NCBI RefSeq assembly: GCF_036321535.1
Contig: NC_087436.1
Coordinates: 48,920,001-48,984,000, forward strand
Source: Camelus dromedarius
Taxonomy: Eukaryota
Direction: 5' to 3'
DNA: 64,000 nucleotides
Made by a program: the position numbers and the translations under genes. Below are positions 1 to 14,405 of this stretch, one piece after another. The notes below the pieces were generated by a model, which was not told the DNA's origin, did no database searches, and saw only the letters and a list, made by a program, of their open reading frames with translations. Each line of letters begins with the position of its first letter. Positions within the stretch are counted from its first letter, which is position 1.

Positions 1-124
1 TTGCTCTTTGGTTTTCTGGGGTTTTTACCCTCTTTAATATATCAAAATTTACCAGAACAACCCTAAAATGGATTTAAATTATTGCCTTCAAATAAGTGTA
101 ATGTTTAATGGTTTATTTTCTTAG

Positions 125-284
125 GCAAATGACAGTGGCATCCGGTAATCAATTAGTAGAATGTCAGGAATGCCATAATCTCTACCACCAAGATTGCCAT
201 AAGCCCCAGGTGACAGACAAGGAAGTGAATGACCCTCGCCTTGTGTGGTATTGTGCCCGATGTACCAGACAAATGAAAAGAATG
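125..284 (+). CDS. INTS12: Integrator complex subunit 12, internal coding exon (C-terminal part of PHD finger)
   Basis: ttttcttAG acceptor (123-124) and ATG|GTAGGA donor (285-286); 160 bp. Encodes (R)[53 protein letters not shown], with the CxxC, HxxC and WxCxxC PHD ligands. Confidence 0.97.
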
Positions 285-3200
285 GTAGGAATCATTTTTC
301 TCTATTTTAAACAAATAGTTTTTTTGTTGATGTGTGCTTTTTAAAATAAAAATTTGAGCATTTATGCTATTGATAAAAATAAATTAGATAAGCTGATTAT
401 TTAAATGTTTGTGAACATAGTGTATATGTGTGATTTATGTATCTGTGCCTAAATGGACCACACCATGTATATGTATTTTTCTGTGTTCAGCTTTTAGCTT
501 GTTCTAATATTAAAAAAAAAAGGATTGAAGACCACCAAAATATGAATATTCCTTACTAGTATGTATTTATAGACATTTAAACATCTATAACAATTTATAA
601 ATGTATTTATAAACATTTAAAAATACTACAAAACACTGTGGGAAGAGTCCAGTAAGGAAGTACTAGAATGTCTTTTCTTGAGTGAGCTTGAACCACCAAA
701 CTTACAAGCTGTGTGCAGAGGCACTGCTTGTATCTGCATTTCTGTCTTTCTGTCTGTGTTTCTCTCTCTGTTCCCCAGTCTTTCCTTTTCATTGTCTTCC
801 ATTGACCATTTATCCTATATTCCCATGCACTTTCTCAGTTTACTGCTCACAAACATAACTGCCTTGAATTTCATACTGAAACACGTTTTAATTTGTTATA
901 TTGGATAGTTTTCTAAATTTTATTTATTTAAAAAGTAAACAAATGAACGGTACCATTTTCCTTTTAAAGAAATCAAGTTATTATTTATTTCAGTGACTTG
1001 TTTGTGTCTCCCATGACCCCTCCCCTTCTTTAGATTAGGGACTCTTGATAGAAGAGTTCTCATATCTATTAACCAAATGAATTTCTATGTAATTTTTTTC
1101 TGACCAAATATATCTTTTTAAAGTCAGAAATATTTAGTTAAAAGTTAAAAAAAAATCAAGATATCTGCTTTACTTTTTAATCATTTAAATCAGAAATAGA
1201 TTGTTTTTATTACCATGAGAAGTAGTAAAACGGTAGTATTTATATTTTCTCTTTGTAACAGGAAATTTTGATGACAAAGTACAGTTTTCTTCTGCTCAAT
1301 CTGATTTTTATCTAGTCTGTTATTTAAACTAGCCCCCCCAGGACCTCAACCAAAGTGATTATAGGTGAGCAAAATAGTACATTCCAGGACATTGACACAA
1401 GTAGTCACTAAGAATTGATAATAGTCAAAATAAGAAATTTGTGACAGTAATCTGGCTTTCTTTGGTGTATCTTCTAAGTTTATTATTATTTTATTGTAAG
1501 TCTTAATAAAATAAACACTGTTCTCTCCTAAGTTTTTCCTCCTGCGTATTTTGTGACTTAGTTACACCAAATCTGTATTTATAGTTCTAACCCTCTTTCT
1601 GGGGTTAATTTTGGCAGCTAACCAGATACCCTACAGTTACTTTAAGTTTAGTATTTTTAAAATTAAAATTGTTTTCTTCTCCACTCAGTTTTTTCCCCAG
1701 TTTCACTTTTATTGCCTGTTCTACAAATCCCCCATTTCTTGTCACTTGCTTTAGCCTCTTAAGGTCTCCTTGCTTCCCTTCAGTCCACTTTACTCACTAC
1801 AATTAGAATATTCTTCTAAAATATTTATCTAACTTTATCTGTTTAAGTGTGCCCCATGGCTCTCAATTACCTATATAATGAAGTTATCCTCATTAGGGTA
1901 GATGTATGGACCTTCTCTCTTTGACCCAAGTCTACCTTTGTGTCCTTCTTTCCCACCACTTCACCATATACACCCACATACTCTGGTCATGCCAGACCAA
2001 GTGGTTCATTCCCCAAGTATGTGGTGAACTTTCATGTTCCCATATGTCCTATTTCTCAACTTCTCTTCATCTGGGCTACCTTTTATTCTTTATCAACTTC
2101 ACAAATTAAATGTCTAATTCATTTATCATTAAGACCAAATCTCATTCACTGGCAAAGCACAAGAGCGGAGCTCAGGACTGGACATATTCTACATTCTGTT
2201 GTTCTCATTTTAATAACATAAAATGGAGGAAATGTAGATTAGCACCAGTAAATTCAGTTTGTGTCCAAGAGTCAAGTGCTAAATGGGGAGTCATGACTAA
2301 TGTTAGAATATGATAAGAATACGCCAAGAGTGGACCTGGGGAAACACCAAAAGGCATGATCTGAAGTGAGCCTGAAGATGAGGATCCAGTAAACACACGG
2401 GTTAATGAGAAAAAGGAATTTGGAAATAGTGGGGATGCTAAATCCAGTCATTCCTACTATAATTGCTTTCAGTAGGGTTTTCATGGGTGCATTGGTTATT
2501 GCTCCAAGTTGTCTTGAAGATACTATAGATAGCATCTTATATCCCCTTTCTCCTTGTACTAATGTCTCCAGCTAGGGCAGGTTCTGCAGTACACATTATT
2601 ATGGGAAGACAGTTAAGAATATTGTGATAGTGGGTGGCAGGGTCCAAGGTCATTCTTCAATTCTGTAATTTTCTCTCTACCAGGTAATGGGTTTTGCCCC
2701 AGCATTAGGTGAGAGACTCATGACTTACTGCAGTGGTTTACAACCTAAGGCAGTTACACATTCCTTCTCAGCAGTATTTACAAACACGTGGTATTTTTGA
2801 TTGCTGCCATACTGACAATTATTGACTTGAGTGGGAGAATTTCTTACATCCTGTTTGAGGCAGCCATCCAGTGAAAAATTACAGTGCTTTTTTGAGCAAC
2901 ACTGAATCAGTGATAATATCCTGGTTTCCTAAACTAGTATTACCAGCAAAGGACAAAGGGTTTGGGGTATCTCTTACTCAGCTTCTAAGATAGCTAGATG
3001 AAATAGAGGAAGCAGAAAAGGATCCAAACATTTTCTCCTAGCCAGAGGTTCTTTCTGGGCTTCACTGTAATGAATTTTCATCTGCTAAAGCATACAAGTT
3101 AGGTAGGTCTTCAGAGTCTAAGCACATCTACCAATGTGGGTGGAGGGAAGTGTAAGATTGAAAGCCATAGGTATGGAACCATGTATTTCTAATTTACCCT

Positions 3201-3644
3201 GAAGGCTACATTCTCATAACATGGTTTTGCAGTAGAGGGTAAGATGATCTTTCTTGGTGGTTAGAAATATTTTCCCATATGTATCTTCTAGCAATCTTAA
3301 TAATATTCTTGATCTGAATGTTGCTTTATAAGTGATGTTTGAAAGTAGGTGTACTTTCATGTGTAAAGTATATAATACAGAAAATGGGATGAATTGAGAC
3401 TTAAGGACAGAAATTATATTGAATGGAAAACCATAGCACAAGAAGATTACATGAGAAGGTCCAAAGATAAAATAACTGCATTCAAACTTCCAGAAATGAG
3501 AACACATTATTAATAAATTTCCTGATGTAGTCTTGCAAGGCCTTATTAGGATTGTCAGAAGACAATAAAATAGCTGGGAGCCTCTTTACCCATCCAGTAG
3601 GGGTGAGTTCTTTCTGATTCAGTTTTTTCATCTTCTATAAATAA

Positions 3645-3880
3645 ATAGTAACTATTATTATTTGCACTCAACATGTGCCAAATATAATTCTAAACTCTTA
3701 TGTAATCATAATCCATTCTCATAACCCACCTTTGACACAAAAGCTTTTATCTCCATTTTGCAGATGAGAATGAGGCTTTTAGAGATTTACGTATTTTACT
3801 TGAGGTAACATAGCTAGGGGAATAGTTGAGCTCGGTTTTACTACTAGTCCTGTTCGACTCCAAAAACTATCCTCTCAAAC
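3645..3880 (-). mobile_element. MIR SINE
   Basis: CTCCATTTTGCAGATGAGAATGAGGCT...GAGGTAACATAGCTAG, the MIR core. Confidence 0.7.
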
Positions 3881-4648
3881 ACTGCACTCACTATATGGTT
3901 TATATAGTTAGTATCATGTAGCTGGAGAACACTTAAGAATAGACTGAAAAATAATTAGAGTTCTAAATCTTTAGAATTTAGTAAAGTACCTATTGTAAAA
4001 TAAAGGAAAAAATCAATTATTGGTCAAAATAAAACTGAAAATGTGTATAAAGGAATAGTGGGTACAAATTCCTCTCTGATAACAAAGAATTTTGTGTTTT
4101 GTGGATTTTAAATATTCGGTGAGACTAGTTCTGCACTATGGAAAAACCTCAAAAATGTTCATCATTTATCACAAATAGTTGTTCAAAACCACATAATCGA
4201 TCTGAACTACCTTTTAACTCACCCTCTGTTACTCAGAGATTCACATGCCTGAACCCCAAGAAGAAAACTCCTGTCTTTGACCAGCCCTAATGAGAAATAA
4301 ATGTGCTTCCTTATGAATGAAGCTAACAAATAATTTGTGATTTTTCCTTTTTTTAAAACAATTTGTTTTGCTTTGTTAAAATGGTATTTAATCAACCCTA
4401 ATCTGCATGATAATTAAAGCTTCCTATTATCTTTACTGTTTAGAAACTAATAAAATCTATAAAACCATTAATATAATGATGATAAAAATAATTTTTCCAA
4501 GTCTGTATTTTCAGTGTTGTCATAATATTTTTTAAATATTCAACCGTATTTCAATTCAATGAGGAGTCCCGTGATAGATTTTTATTGTCTTCTTGTGCGT
4601 TTAACTAAGATTTTGTAGCTAATTTAATCTTAACACTGATTTTTGCAG

Positions 4649-4795
4649 GCTCAAAAAACTCAGAAACCACCACAGAAACCAGCCCCCACGGTTGTTTCTG
4701 TAGCTCCAGCTGTCAAAGATCCTTTGGTTAAGAAACCAGAAACTAAACTCAAACAAGAGACAACTTTCCTAGCATTTAAGAGAACAGAAGTCAAG
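4649..4795 (+). CDS. INTS12: INTS12 penultimate coding exon
   Basis: tttttgcAG acceptor (4647-4648) and AAG|GTACAG donor; 147 bp, phase 0-0. Encodes [13 protein letters not shown]...[10 protein letters not shown], in frame with both neighbours. Confidence 0.97.
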
Positions 4796-4930
4796 GTACA
4801 GTACATTCCATTTTTTTCTAAGATTGGATTTTAACTTAGTTGACTAAATAATAGTTACTTGAAGAAAAATTAATGAGGAACTTTATATAGTAAATGGTCA
4901 TATGCTGGAAATTAAGACTGCATTACTATT

Positions 4931-5108
4931 TTTTTTAAATAGTTTCTTTTCTTTTTTTTAAGCCAGCATTTTATTTTATTTGGTTTTTGTTGGTTGGTGG
5001 GAGGGAGGTAATTAGGTTTATTTGTTTTTAGAGAAGGTACTGGGTCTTGAACCCAGGACCTCCTGCATGCTAAGCATGTGCTCTACCACTTGAGCTATAC
5101 CCTCCCCC
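4931..5108 (-). mobile_element. tRNA-derived SINE (camelid Vic-1-like) with 17-bp TSD
   Basis: Reverse complement shows A box TAGCTCAAGTGG, B box GGTTCAAGACC and an A-rich tail; identical AAGACTGCATTACTATT flanks at 4914-4930 and 5109-5125. Confidence 0.92.
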
Positions 5109-7981
5109 AAGACTGCATTACTATTAGCTTTAGGTTGAAAGGGAACATTTGTATATAATTATTTAATTTTAAATTCTGTTGTTGTTCTTTTATCATGATT
5201 AGGAACTATTTGTGAGCATTCCAAGATAGCATTCTTTACCATTCCTATGTAGTCAGACATTTCTCTTCAGTTCGGAATTTGTTTTAAATTGTAAATACTT
5301 TTGCTCTCAGTAGCCCCAGATTTGCTCCTCACGTTGCTTGTGGTGATTGGCCCCATAGCTTTTTTTCTTCCTACTTGTGGAGAAGTTTTCTTGCTTTATC
5401 TTATTTTTTTCTACTATCATGAAGTTTCATGGTACCTATCTCTTGTTATTTAAGGGGCCAGATTATCTAGTGAGAGTATCACATTTCTCATTCCTCGGTT
5501 TTCATCCTTGAAATCACACTACATTATTGTTAATATTCTGGCATTTTGATATCATGGAATAAAATATTTTTCTAATCTAATTTTATAACCAAAGAATGCT
5601 TTTACTAAGTTATACATTTCAATTTTAAGCAGAATACTAAAGATGGAAGAAAAAAATGTTAGCCCCAAATTCTCAAAGGTTAAACCCAGAAAACTCTAAA
5701 GATATAACCTTCTCCAAGTGGCTATAAGTAGCAAAGATCAGGAACATTGGTGTGATGATAAAAAAAAAATACGCATATAAAGTATGCTGAGAAAGATACT
5801 GATAATTTTATTTGCAGGTCATTTTAAATTTAATTTACCAGGGAAGAGTTAATATCCAAGGATGTCTATTATTGATTTGTCAGACAGAAATTTGATGAAC
5901 TAGAATAGAAGTAAGAATAATTTATTGACAGTAATTTGAGTTGCTATATTCTATACTTAAATCACTTTAGGTAGATTTTTATACTAACCTGTTACTACTA
6001 AAGTTTATTTTTAGGAAATTCAACATGAAATTATTTTACAGCAAATAAATTAAGGCCTTGGCTGTGATGTTTGTTCTGATTTAAGAGGTTTTGGTGTTTT
6101 CATTATAAAATAGAATAAATTTTTACTATAAAAAATTTTTTACCATTTATATATAAAAAGCAAATAAAATGGCTTTCTAACTAGGATAATGGTCCAAAAA
6201 AACTTGTAAGTTAAGAACAGTTGAGAAATTTATTTCCTACACTAAAACAGTAAGAAATACTTGGTCTCCATTGTTTGTGTTCGTCCTGATAGTATTGTAA
6301 GTCATCTGTTATTCGGTTGAAAAGCAGTAGCAGTAACAGCAAGCCATTAAAATAAAATGCCATAGATACAGAACTCGCTTTCTCATTGGTACTTCATAAG
6401 TGTTGGTCTTTTTGATTACTTCAGATGTGTTTTCTTTTGTGAAGTTTTTTGAAAGATCATTTAGCCAGATGGTAGGCAGTTTTATGTTGAGTAGAAAAAA
6501 AAGGAAAAAAATTAAATCTTTCATAACTGAAAATTAAAAGTTTACTACACCTGTGTCCTTTTACTTCCTTTACTAACTTTTTCTCATTACCTATATGCAT
6601 TCCTCTAGGAATTTGTAATTTATGCAAAGTTTGTCTTCTCTGGATAGCCTTATGAGGTAGTATTTGTATGATGTTACTGTAAAAACATCCTGTCATTTTT
6701 CAGAGTATGGGAAAAATAATCTGGACCCTCCTCTTATAAAGATCTCAAAACATTCTATTTTCATTACTTTTCACATTGGTTTAAAATGTTTAATGCAGAC
6801 AATATTGAAGGCTACTTTGTAAGAACTAAAAACATTTTTATCAACTCATTCAGAGTTCATTTCTAAAATTTAACTGTGTATATTTTAGGCATGATAGCCA
6901 CCGTGTTTTTGAATAATATACCATTTGTAAGACTTTTTTTTTTTTCCTATTTAAGACATATTCTTAAGACTGTGAAGGTAGAAAAAGTACCAGTGAGAAA
7001 TACATTTCATAATTAATTTGAACAAAGTGAATTTTTCCCTAATGTGAAGGTGAAAAAAAATTGTTCCTGTGTGAATAAGAACAATATTTTTATAGTGACA
7101 TTGGTATCCCTGTTAGCTTTTGACTGGCCATGGAAGTTAATTAGAAAAATTGAACTGTTAGTCCTTTAAGAAGTACATCTGGGAGTGAGTCAAACATACC
7201 CAAAATGTCACTGTGCAGCTTATGAGGCAATTGATAAAATCCTGTATACAGAAGCGAGGATCTTTGTGATAGTTTCAGTGGAAATATGGAAAAATAGTGA
7301 AAATTAAATCTTGAGACCTTTTTAATGTATCACTAGAGTTGTACAATTTCAAGCAGTTAACATTGCACATCTGTATATATTTTGCAATGCAATAGCTGTT
7401 TGCTCAAAATTTGGGGGGAATTTGTTTTAAATAGGTTCCAAATCTCATACATTCACCCAATAAATAATATTGAATAATCTCTTTATCTCAGACATCTCTT
7501 AAATATCCTGGATGTGAGCATTTTTGTCCATTAAGAGTGGATTCTGTTTTTGAAATGATCCACAAGTCATTTGATGCAAGGCCTAATGAATTAGATGTTT
7601 TACTGAGCTAAATAATAACCTTTTAGGATGAAAAACAAATTAAAGCATTAAATCTAATTTTTCTAACATGGCTTGTAACTGAACCTAGAAGCAATCCTCT
7701 AAAAGAAATTCTGTATATTTATTTTTTGGAATGATTAGAACAAGAATATGGCATCCCATAATTTCTGCTTTGGAAATGGTGGCACCTGTTAGCCATGGAT
7801 AGGTTTTGTGTATGTTTTTTCAGATTATTTCATCAGAACTTAATTTTGGTGGTGTGATTTAAATTTTCCAAGTCATTATTTTTGTATAAAAAGTCTTAAT
7901 TAAACTTATTATATATTTAAGAATATTATAGTACGTGTTAATTATACTTGGCTCATGTAACATTTATCTTATGTTTTTTAG

Positions 7982-8566
7982 ACATCCACGGTTATTTCAG
8001 GAAATTCTTCTAGTACCAATGTTTCCTCTTCAGTAACTAGTGGCCTAACTGGATGGGCAGCTTTTGCAGCCAAAACTTCTTCTACTGGTCCATCAACAGC
8101 AAAATTGAATTCAACAACCCAAAACAATAGCGGGAAACCTGCTACCTCATCAGCTAACCAGAAGCCTGTGGGTTTGACTGGTCTGGCAACATCATCCAAA
8201 AGTGGAATAGGTTCTAAAATAGGTTCCAGTAACAGCACTTCACCCACTGTACCACTGAAACCACCTCCACCTCTAACTTTGGGCAAAACTGGCCTTAGTC
8301 GCTCAGTTAGTTGTGACAATGTTAGCAAAGTAGGTCTTCCCAGTCCAAGTAGTTTGGTTCCAGGAAGCAGCAGCCAACTAAGTGGGAATGGAAATAGTGG
8401 CACATCGGGATCTAGTGGAAGTACCACTAACAAAACCACTTCAGAATCGAGCAGCTCGCCCTCAGCATCCCTTAAAGGTCCAACTTCACAAGAATCACAG
8501 CTCAATGCCATGAAGCGATTACAGATGGTCAAGAAGAAGGCCGCCCAAAAGAAACTCAAGAAGTAA
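7982..8566 (+). CDS. INTS12: INTS12 last coding exon (Ser/Gly/Thr-rich tail ending [18 protein letters not shown])
   Basis: gttttttAG acceptor (7980-7981); 585 bp open from ACATCCACG to TAA at 8564-8566; recognisable INTS12 C-terminus. Confidence 0.97.
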   Translation, partial: TSTVISGNSSSTNVSSSVTSGLTGWAAFAAKTSSTGPSTAKLNSTTQNNSGKPATSSANQKPVGLTGLATSSKSGIGSKIGSSNSTSPTVPLKPPPPLTLGKTGLSRSVSCDNVSKVGLPSPSSLVPGSSSQLSGNGNSGTSGSSGSTTNKTTSESSSSPSASLKGPTSQESQLNAMKRLQMVKKKAAQKKLKK

Positions 8567-8647
8567 TATGGCCAAGTAGGTTTTTATATCACATTACCCT
8601 AAAGATTAAAATCTTATTAAGATATAAACTGTAATATACTATAATTT

Positions 8648-8653
8648 AATAAA
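8648..8653 (+). terminator. Polyadenylation signal AATAAA of INTS12
   Basis: AATAAA about 80 nt after the stop, an ATTAAA variant at 8605-8610, and T/GT-rich sequence downstream (about 8670-8780). Confidence 0.7.
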
Positions 8654-8803
8654 AATCTTTATAATGAAATTTTTATTATTTCTTACCTTAAAAAGCTAAA
8701 TGTTATTTAGCAAAACTTGGAAATGTTTGTTGTTTTAAATCTGTTTTAACATTTTTATTTTGACAATTTTTGTAGTGTGTGAAAACAATGATTAGAATGC
8801 TAG

Positions 8804-8903
8804 TTTTTTTTTTTGTTTTTTTTTTTAATGGAGGTACTGGGATTGAACTCAGGACCTGGTGCATGCTAAGCATGAGCTCTACCACCAAGCTATACCCACC
8901 CTC
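8804..8903 (-). mobile_element. tRNA-derived SINE, short-tailed copy
   Basis: Reverse complement reads GGGTATAGCTTGGTGGTAGAGCTCATGCTTAGCATGCACCAGGTCCTGAGTTCAATCCCAGTACCTCC plus poly(A); degenerate TSD agaatgctag/agaatgacta. Confidence 0.88.
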
Positions 8904-11900
8904 CACCAACAAGAATGACTAATTCTTGATGAGAACTTCCAGAATCGCGGAAGACTGGTAGCACATGTGAATTAAAAAAAAAAAAAAAGTTTATCTTCTA
9001 GCAAAATCCCAGTAATTGATTCTGCTGAATAAGGATTCTTATAAGCTTGCAGGAATGACCCAATAATAAAGTTTTCTACTCCCTCCACCCCATCACCTGG
9101 GTATTCAGTGTCAGTCCCCAGCTTCATTTCAGTTGATTCTCCCTCTCCTCCCAAAAATTTCATCTCCCCTTTTTCAAAATTAAATTTTTGTAATTGATTT
9201 CTCATACCCGGAATTATATTTTTACCTTTTTCAGTCACCTCATATCAGTTATTTAGGGATATGTCTCTTCCAGTAGATTGTGAACTCTCATGTCCTTTTA
9301 ATGCAGTACTTTTCTCGCATTGTTCACTTCCCTTACATTGTCAGTGTAACGTATGCACATAGTATATACTTAATAAATGTTGAATTTTGATTTATCCTGG
9401 TTACACACATTCCTGAGAATTTCTTGAGAAAAAATGCCCATTCCAAGAGTCTTTGTGGATGGATAATTTCTGAATACATACTGATAGCTTCTTCCTATAC
9501 CATGAAAAAAAGGCTATTTTTACTGCCCCAACATATTACAACATTTTACCTAATTTTAGTTAATTTGTATAAAAGAAGTTCCCATATAATGACTAATTCT
9601 TAAGGTTGTTTTGAAGTATGTGTGTGTACGTTGGGTCAGGTTTCAGGGGTCTGAGTTGTTGCCTTACTTGCAAGCTAGCCAATTATCCTGCCATTGTTTT
9701 ACATATATATTCTGATAGAAGACTTGAGGCTTTCTGGATCAGAGGAATAGTTTATTGCTCCCAGTTGCAGCAAAATGTAGCAGCTATTTTGTACTTCATG
9801 AATACCTCATTTCATCCAGAAACTAGAAATCCAACAAATTCCTCCTTTTGCTAGACTGAGCAGCCTTGTTCCTTCAGTTTTGATGTGTTACTAAACCTTC
9901 ACTTTATAAACTTCTCATTTCAAACTCTTTCCCTTAATCCTTATATTTTTTAATATCATATATTGTAAAATATATTGATAAATGATATCCATGAAGATAA
10001 AGCTTTTTAAAGTATGCTTGGTTGCTTTTAAGGAAAGGTATTTTAAAACTGCTGTTAAATAATGACACTAAATTATTCAGGATAAATTACAACTCAAGAT
10101 TGAGATAATCCTATTACTTACAAAGTAGAGTAAACATCTATTTACATGTTTAAAATCTGCCTGCAGATGTTTTTGCTTTGAGAAACATGGATTTCTGTTG
10201 ATTAAATATCAATTTGGCATCAACCCCAAGTCCCCTTTAGTGTCAAACAACCAAAAAATATATTTATATATTCATCATTATTTGTTTATAGTTCAGGGCC
10301 AGTTTGGACTAAACTAGACAAAATGACCTGACACAAGCTCAGCTCAACAACTATAACAGTTAATAGAACCTCAGTACCTACAAGAAGTTAAAGCACATTG
10401 GCACTTGAAATGGAAAATTTTATTCCATCATACTCAAAACGTGCTGGATAGAGCTGAAAAAAGAAGCAATTATTTTACTTTTTGTAGTACTTCAGAGAGG
10501 ACTTTAGAAAACTTGTTTAGGAAGCAATATAATTTTTGAGTATGGCTCTTTATATGGACTATATGTGTGTATAAATATATATTTAGAATCTGCACATAGG
10601 TATAAGATGCATTCATCTAGTAATGTATAACTCAGTTTGGTATTTCATAGAGGTATATTTGGTATTAGAGTTTCCTTGTCCTCAAGTAGCTCCTAGTCCT
10701 TGATTTTTCCCTACCATTAAGTGAGGTCTAAGGTTTTTTAACTGAGCATGTGATGATGAAAGGGGCCGGCTTTATATTAGTAGTGTTTATCTTTTTTTGT
10801 TGTTGTTACATGTAGTTCATTTTTCCCACTAGAATTTAAGTTATATGAGGGCAAGGATTTTGTGTATCTTGTACACCATAGTATTCCCACTGCAGTTCTT
10901 AGCTCAGTGAATGAATAGACAGTTTTGGCAAACCAAAAAGTAAGCTTTTAGGATTATAAGTTCAAATCCCATTTTAGTAGAAATTTGGCTAATATCACTT
11001 TTCTGTTTGTATATATATATTTCTTTCTTTTAGATTATGTAATCAGAGATTTTAATGACTTAGAAAACTCTAAAAGAACACTGTCTTAAAGTCAGAAAAC
11101 TGATTTTGAATCCCAGTCCCTCCATGTATTAGCTGTGTGATCTGTTTCCTCCTCTATAAAACATAAATGATAATTAATGAGATAAAAATGGAAGACCTCT
11201 AATATTGAAAGGTAAGGTGATTCCAGCTCTTAACAAGGATATGATAGTACCATTTATTAGTAACATTACAAATTATGATGGCCATAGGTTATATAGGAAA
11301 TACATCATTTTATAGAGATAAGTTTTTATTAGTGCAATAATTATAAAATTATATAAGCAATTGGAGAAAGCCATAAATACATTTACATACCATAATATTT
11401 CTTTAAAGCAAGGTAAGCTGTATTTAATTTACTAAGAATACATTCCCTAGATTTTTGAACAAGAACATCTCATTCCAGTATATGCTAAAATGTACTTATT
11501 TTCCTGAAAAATTAAAGCAAATCTCTCCTCTGTCTAGAGTGTAGTATTGTGAAAGCAGTAACTGGCTTACAGAGACTCAGTGTGAATTCTTGTGGCCCTG
11601 GAGTAAAGATTTGTTATATTGGAATAATTTTGTAGATCACAGAGAATTTAATGACTGAGTTTATATATACATACTATTTAGTATGTATAGGAGGAGGAAG
11701 ATAATTGAAAAAATAAGACTTTAAAAATAGTAACCTTTTATAAATAGTTGGATAGCCCTAGAGAGTATAAAGTCCTTTCAGTCCTTTCAGTCAATGAAAT
11801 GTAATTCCTTCCTCATCAAATACAATGTAAATTTATATGTCTAATTTAGCTTAAATTTTGTGAGGTTTCTAGATGTATTCAGTATTGAACAGTGCATTTA

Positions 11901-14187
11901 GTACCTTAAGAAGCCATAGTTATGACAAATAGGATATAAATAGTTTTCTTGCCATCTTAGAATATAAAGATTTCCTCTCTTTATTCATATTACTTTGAGA
12001 GGTTTTTGCAAGAGACAAAAATCCAAACAGCTTATGAAAAAAGTTTTTTATTCTATGTTAACTAGTTTTTGTAAATCATCTGAATATTCATCACAAATAG
12101 TGACAGGCACTGAATAGCCATCTTCCAAAGTCCAAATTATATTTTAGGCAAGATACGGAATATACCAGCACTTAAAGTATTTCATGCAGTGCTGCACTGC
12201 ATTTATATGATTAACAATGTGCATTATATCTCTTCTGCACAATTCTTCTTTCATAGGATTGTTTTGTACTAATAAATACTAAAACCAGATATTTTTCTGA
12301 AATATAAGGAATGTTCAGGTAGTGGCTTTCTGACTTTTTCACATGATTTAAGCACCCACAGTGGTTTTGTATTACTGGATTTTTTATGATTTCTAAACAT
12401 TATTATGTATATTAGTTTAGAGCACCTGCATTTAAAAATAAATACTAAATATAATGTATACATACACCTGTTTGTTTTACAAAGGAAAAAACCACAAAAA
12501 TTTCCCCTGTATTCTCGGTAGAAATACTTATTTCAGAGAATTCTGTACAATAGCATTTAATTTTAAAGATACAAAGAAAGAATATATAATTACATTAGTA
12601 TACTTTGCCTTAATCATAATGATGTCACCCACAGTTTTATCTTTTTAAACTTTTGAAGACTTAAACACATTATAACTATCTTGGAATTTTATTTCCCTTA
12701 TGCCCAACAAAATAATGCCTGACCTCAAAATTACAATTACTTGATTTGAAATAACATACTTAGAAAATGAATGTATAATGTTCACATACACACACAAAAA
12801 ACCTAAATGGCATATGAGATGTAGGTTGTATTTTTAAAATAGCAACAAAGGAGTTTTATAACAATGTATGTTTACCACAGTAGTGGGGGACTGCAGAAGC
12901 GCGCTTCATTACAACTCTTGCTCAGCAACTGACTGCAGCTATGATTTTAGTGGTGTGGTTTCCTCTAAGGTCAGTCAGGATGCATCAATCCTAGGACCAC
13001 ACAGGTAGACCAAACTTCTCATATACATCTAGTCACTTATTTCGGCCAGAAAAGCAGACATGTGTTACTCATATAATTCTATTTTAAGGGGAGTATTAAG
13101 GTCACAGCTAATTTAAATTATATAAAATTTCCCCACTATTTTGGTTGTTGAGCATGTTCATAGTTTCCACAAGTAGCAAATTTGGATTTCCTTTTGCTTT
13201 ACCCTAAGCAACTGGGATTTACTTATGTTTCACTATCGGGTACAAAGGACCATTTAAAGGACATATAAAAAGTCCCTGTGTATCCAAAAAAGAGAGTCTT
13301 CTTTTGGTACCTAACTGAAAACAAGGGAATATTTTATGCAAAAACAACTTACAAGTAGAACTTTATGAACCTATGTTTAGATTAAGAATTTTAGAAACAA
13401 TATAAAATAAAAATTTTTCTGTCATATAAAGTCTTACTTTGAATTTCTGTAGTTGTACATGTCATATATGTACATGAAAGTCAACAGCCCTCTGAGAAGC
13501 AGAACTCTTCATTTTATTTGTACTCCTCAGTATATGTATAACAATGTACACTATAGAGGCAAAGTCTTTGAAAGTAATTTTAATTTTAATCTTAAAATGT
13601 AGTGTATTAGCACCAAACATGGACAATAAAAATCCAGCTTATTTTGGTTTTTAAAGGAAACCACTAAGTCAAATTTAATCTTCTTCTGTTCCAAAGAAGC
13701 ATCTTTAGTTCAATAAAATGTCTTGGAACAAAATAAGCCTGAAATCATAGGGGATAGTTCTGAGCTATTCCTAAATTAAAGTTCAGTGTCCCAGGACATT
13801 GTGTTACAGCAAATGTTATCCTCAATGCCTGCCTTGTCTAAGTACAAATCAGCAACTAAAAATATTTACATCTTGGCTCAGAACATGGAAAACACATTCC
13901 CCATTCATCATCCACATGATTGAGTGATCCAAAAATATTTTCTCACTAAAGCATCATTAGTGATCATGTAGGATAGTTTTTAAACAATTATATTTTCAAA
14001 AAAGTTTAAGCAAAAAATAAAAATAACCTAGATACTTCTTTTTCTCTAGGCTAATAACATGAAAGTTCCTATAGCCCCTGATTTTGAAAAATTTCTCAAT
14101 ACTTAAATATAGACCTAAGAGGAAAACAGTCCTCATCAATGTCCATTATTTGCATCACTAAGTTCTTTGCTGATAGCAAATGTAACC

Positions 14188-14405
14188 ATGTAGTGGTTGG
14201 GAGTATGGGCCTCAGAACCAGACTTGGGTTTGAGTCCCAGCCCTACCACTTAAAACCAATGTGACTTGGGCTAAACGAATTATTTCATCTCTTTGGGCCA
14301 CAGTTTCCTCATAATGTGAGTATCAAATAAGTTACCACATAAAAAGCATGCATAGTAATGTCTTGCATGTAGTATGCATTCAGTAAATGTTAGCTATTAT
14401 TATTA
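14188..14405 (+). mobile_element. MIR SINE, probably inside the ARHGEF38 3'UTR
   Basis: GGGTTTGAGTCCCAGCCCTACCACTTA...TGTGACTTGGGC...CAGTTTCCTCAT...CAGTAAATGTTAGCTATTATT. Confidence 0.75.

Noticed and set aside
561..624. Short imperfect direct repeats (also 11771-11792, 22131-22160 and 31352-31390)
   Set aside because: Ordinary slippage-type duplications in AT-rich DNA with no sign of function.
7978..8559. 193-codon antisense ORF covering the INTS12 last exon
   Set aside because: In this register an antisense stop needs a sense TAx or CAx codon (Tyr, His, Gln). The Ser/Gly/Thr-rich exon has no Tyr or His and few Gln, so an open shadow frame is expected, and it closes right at the exon boundary.
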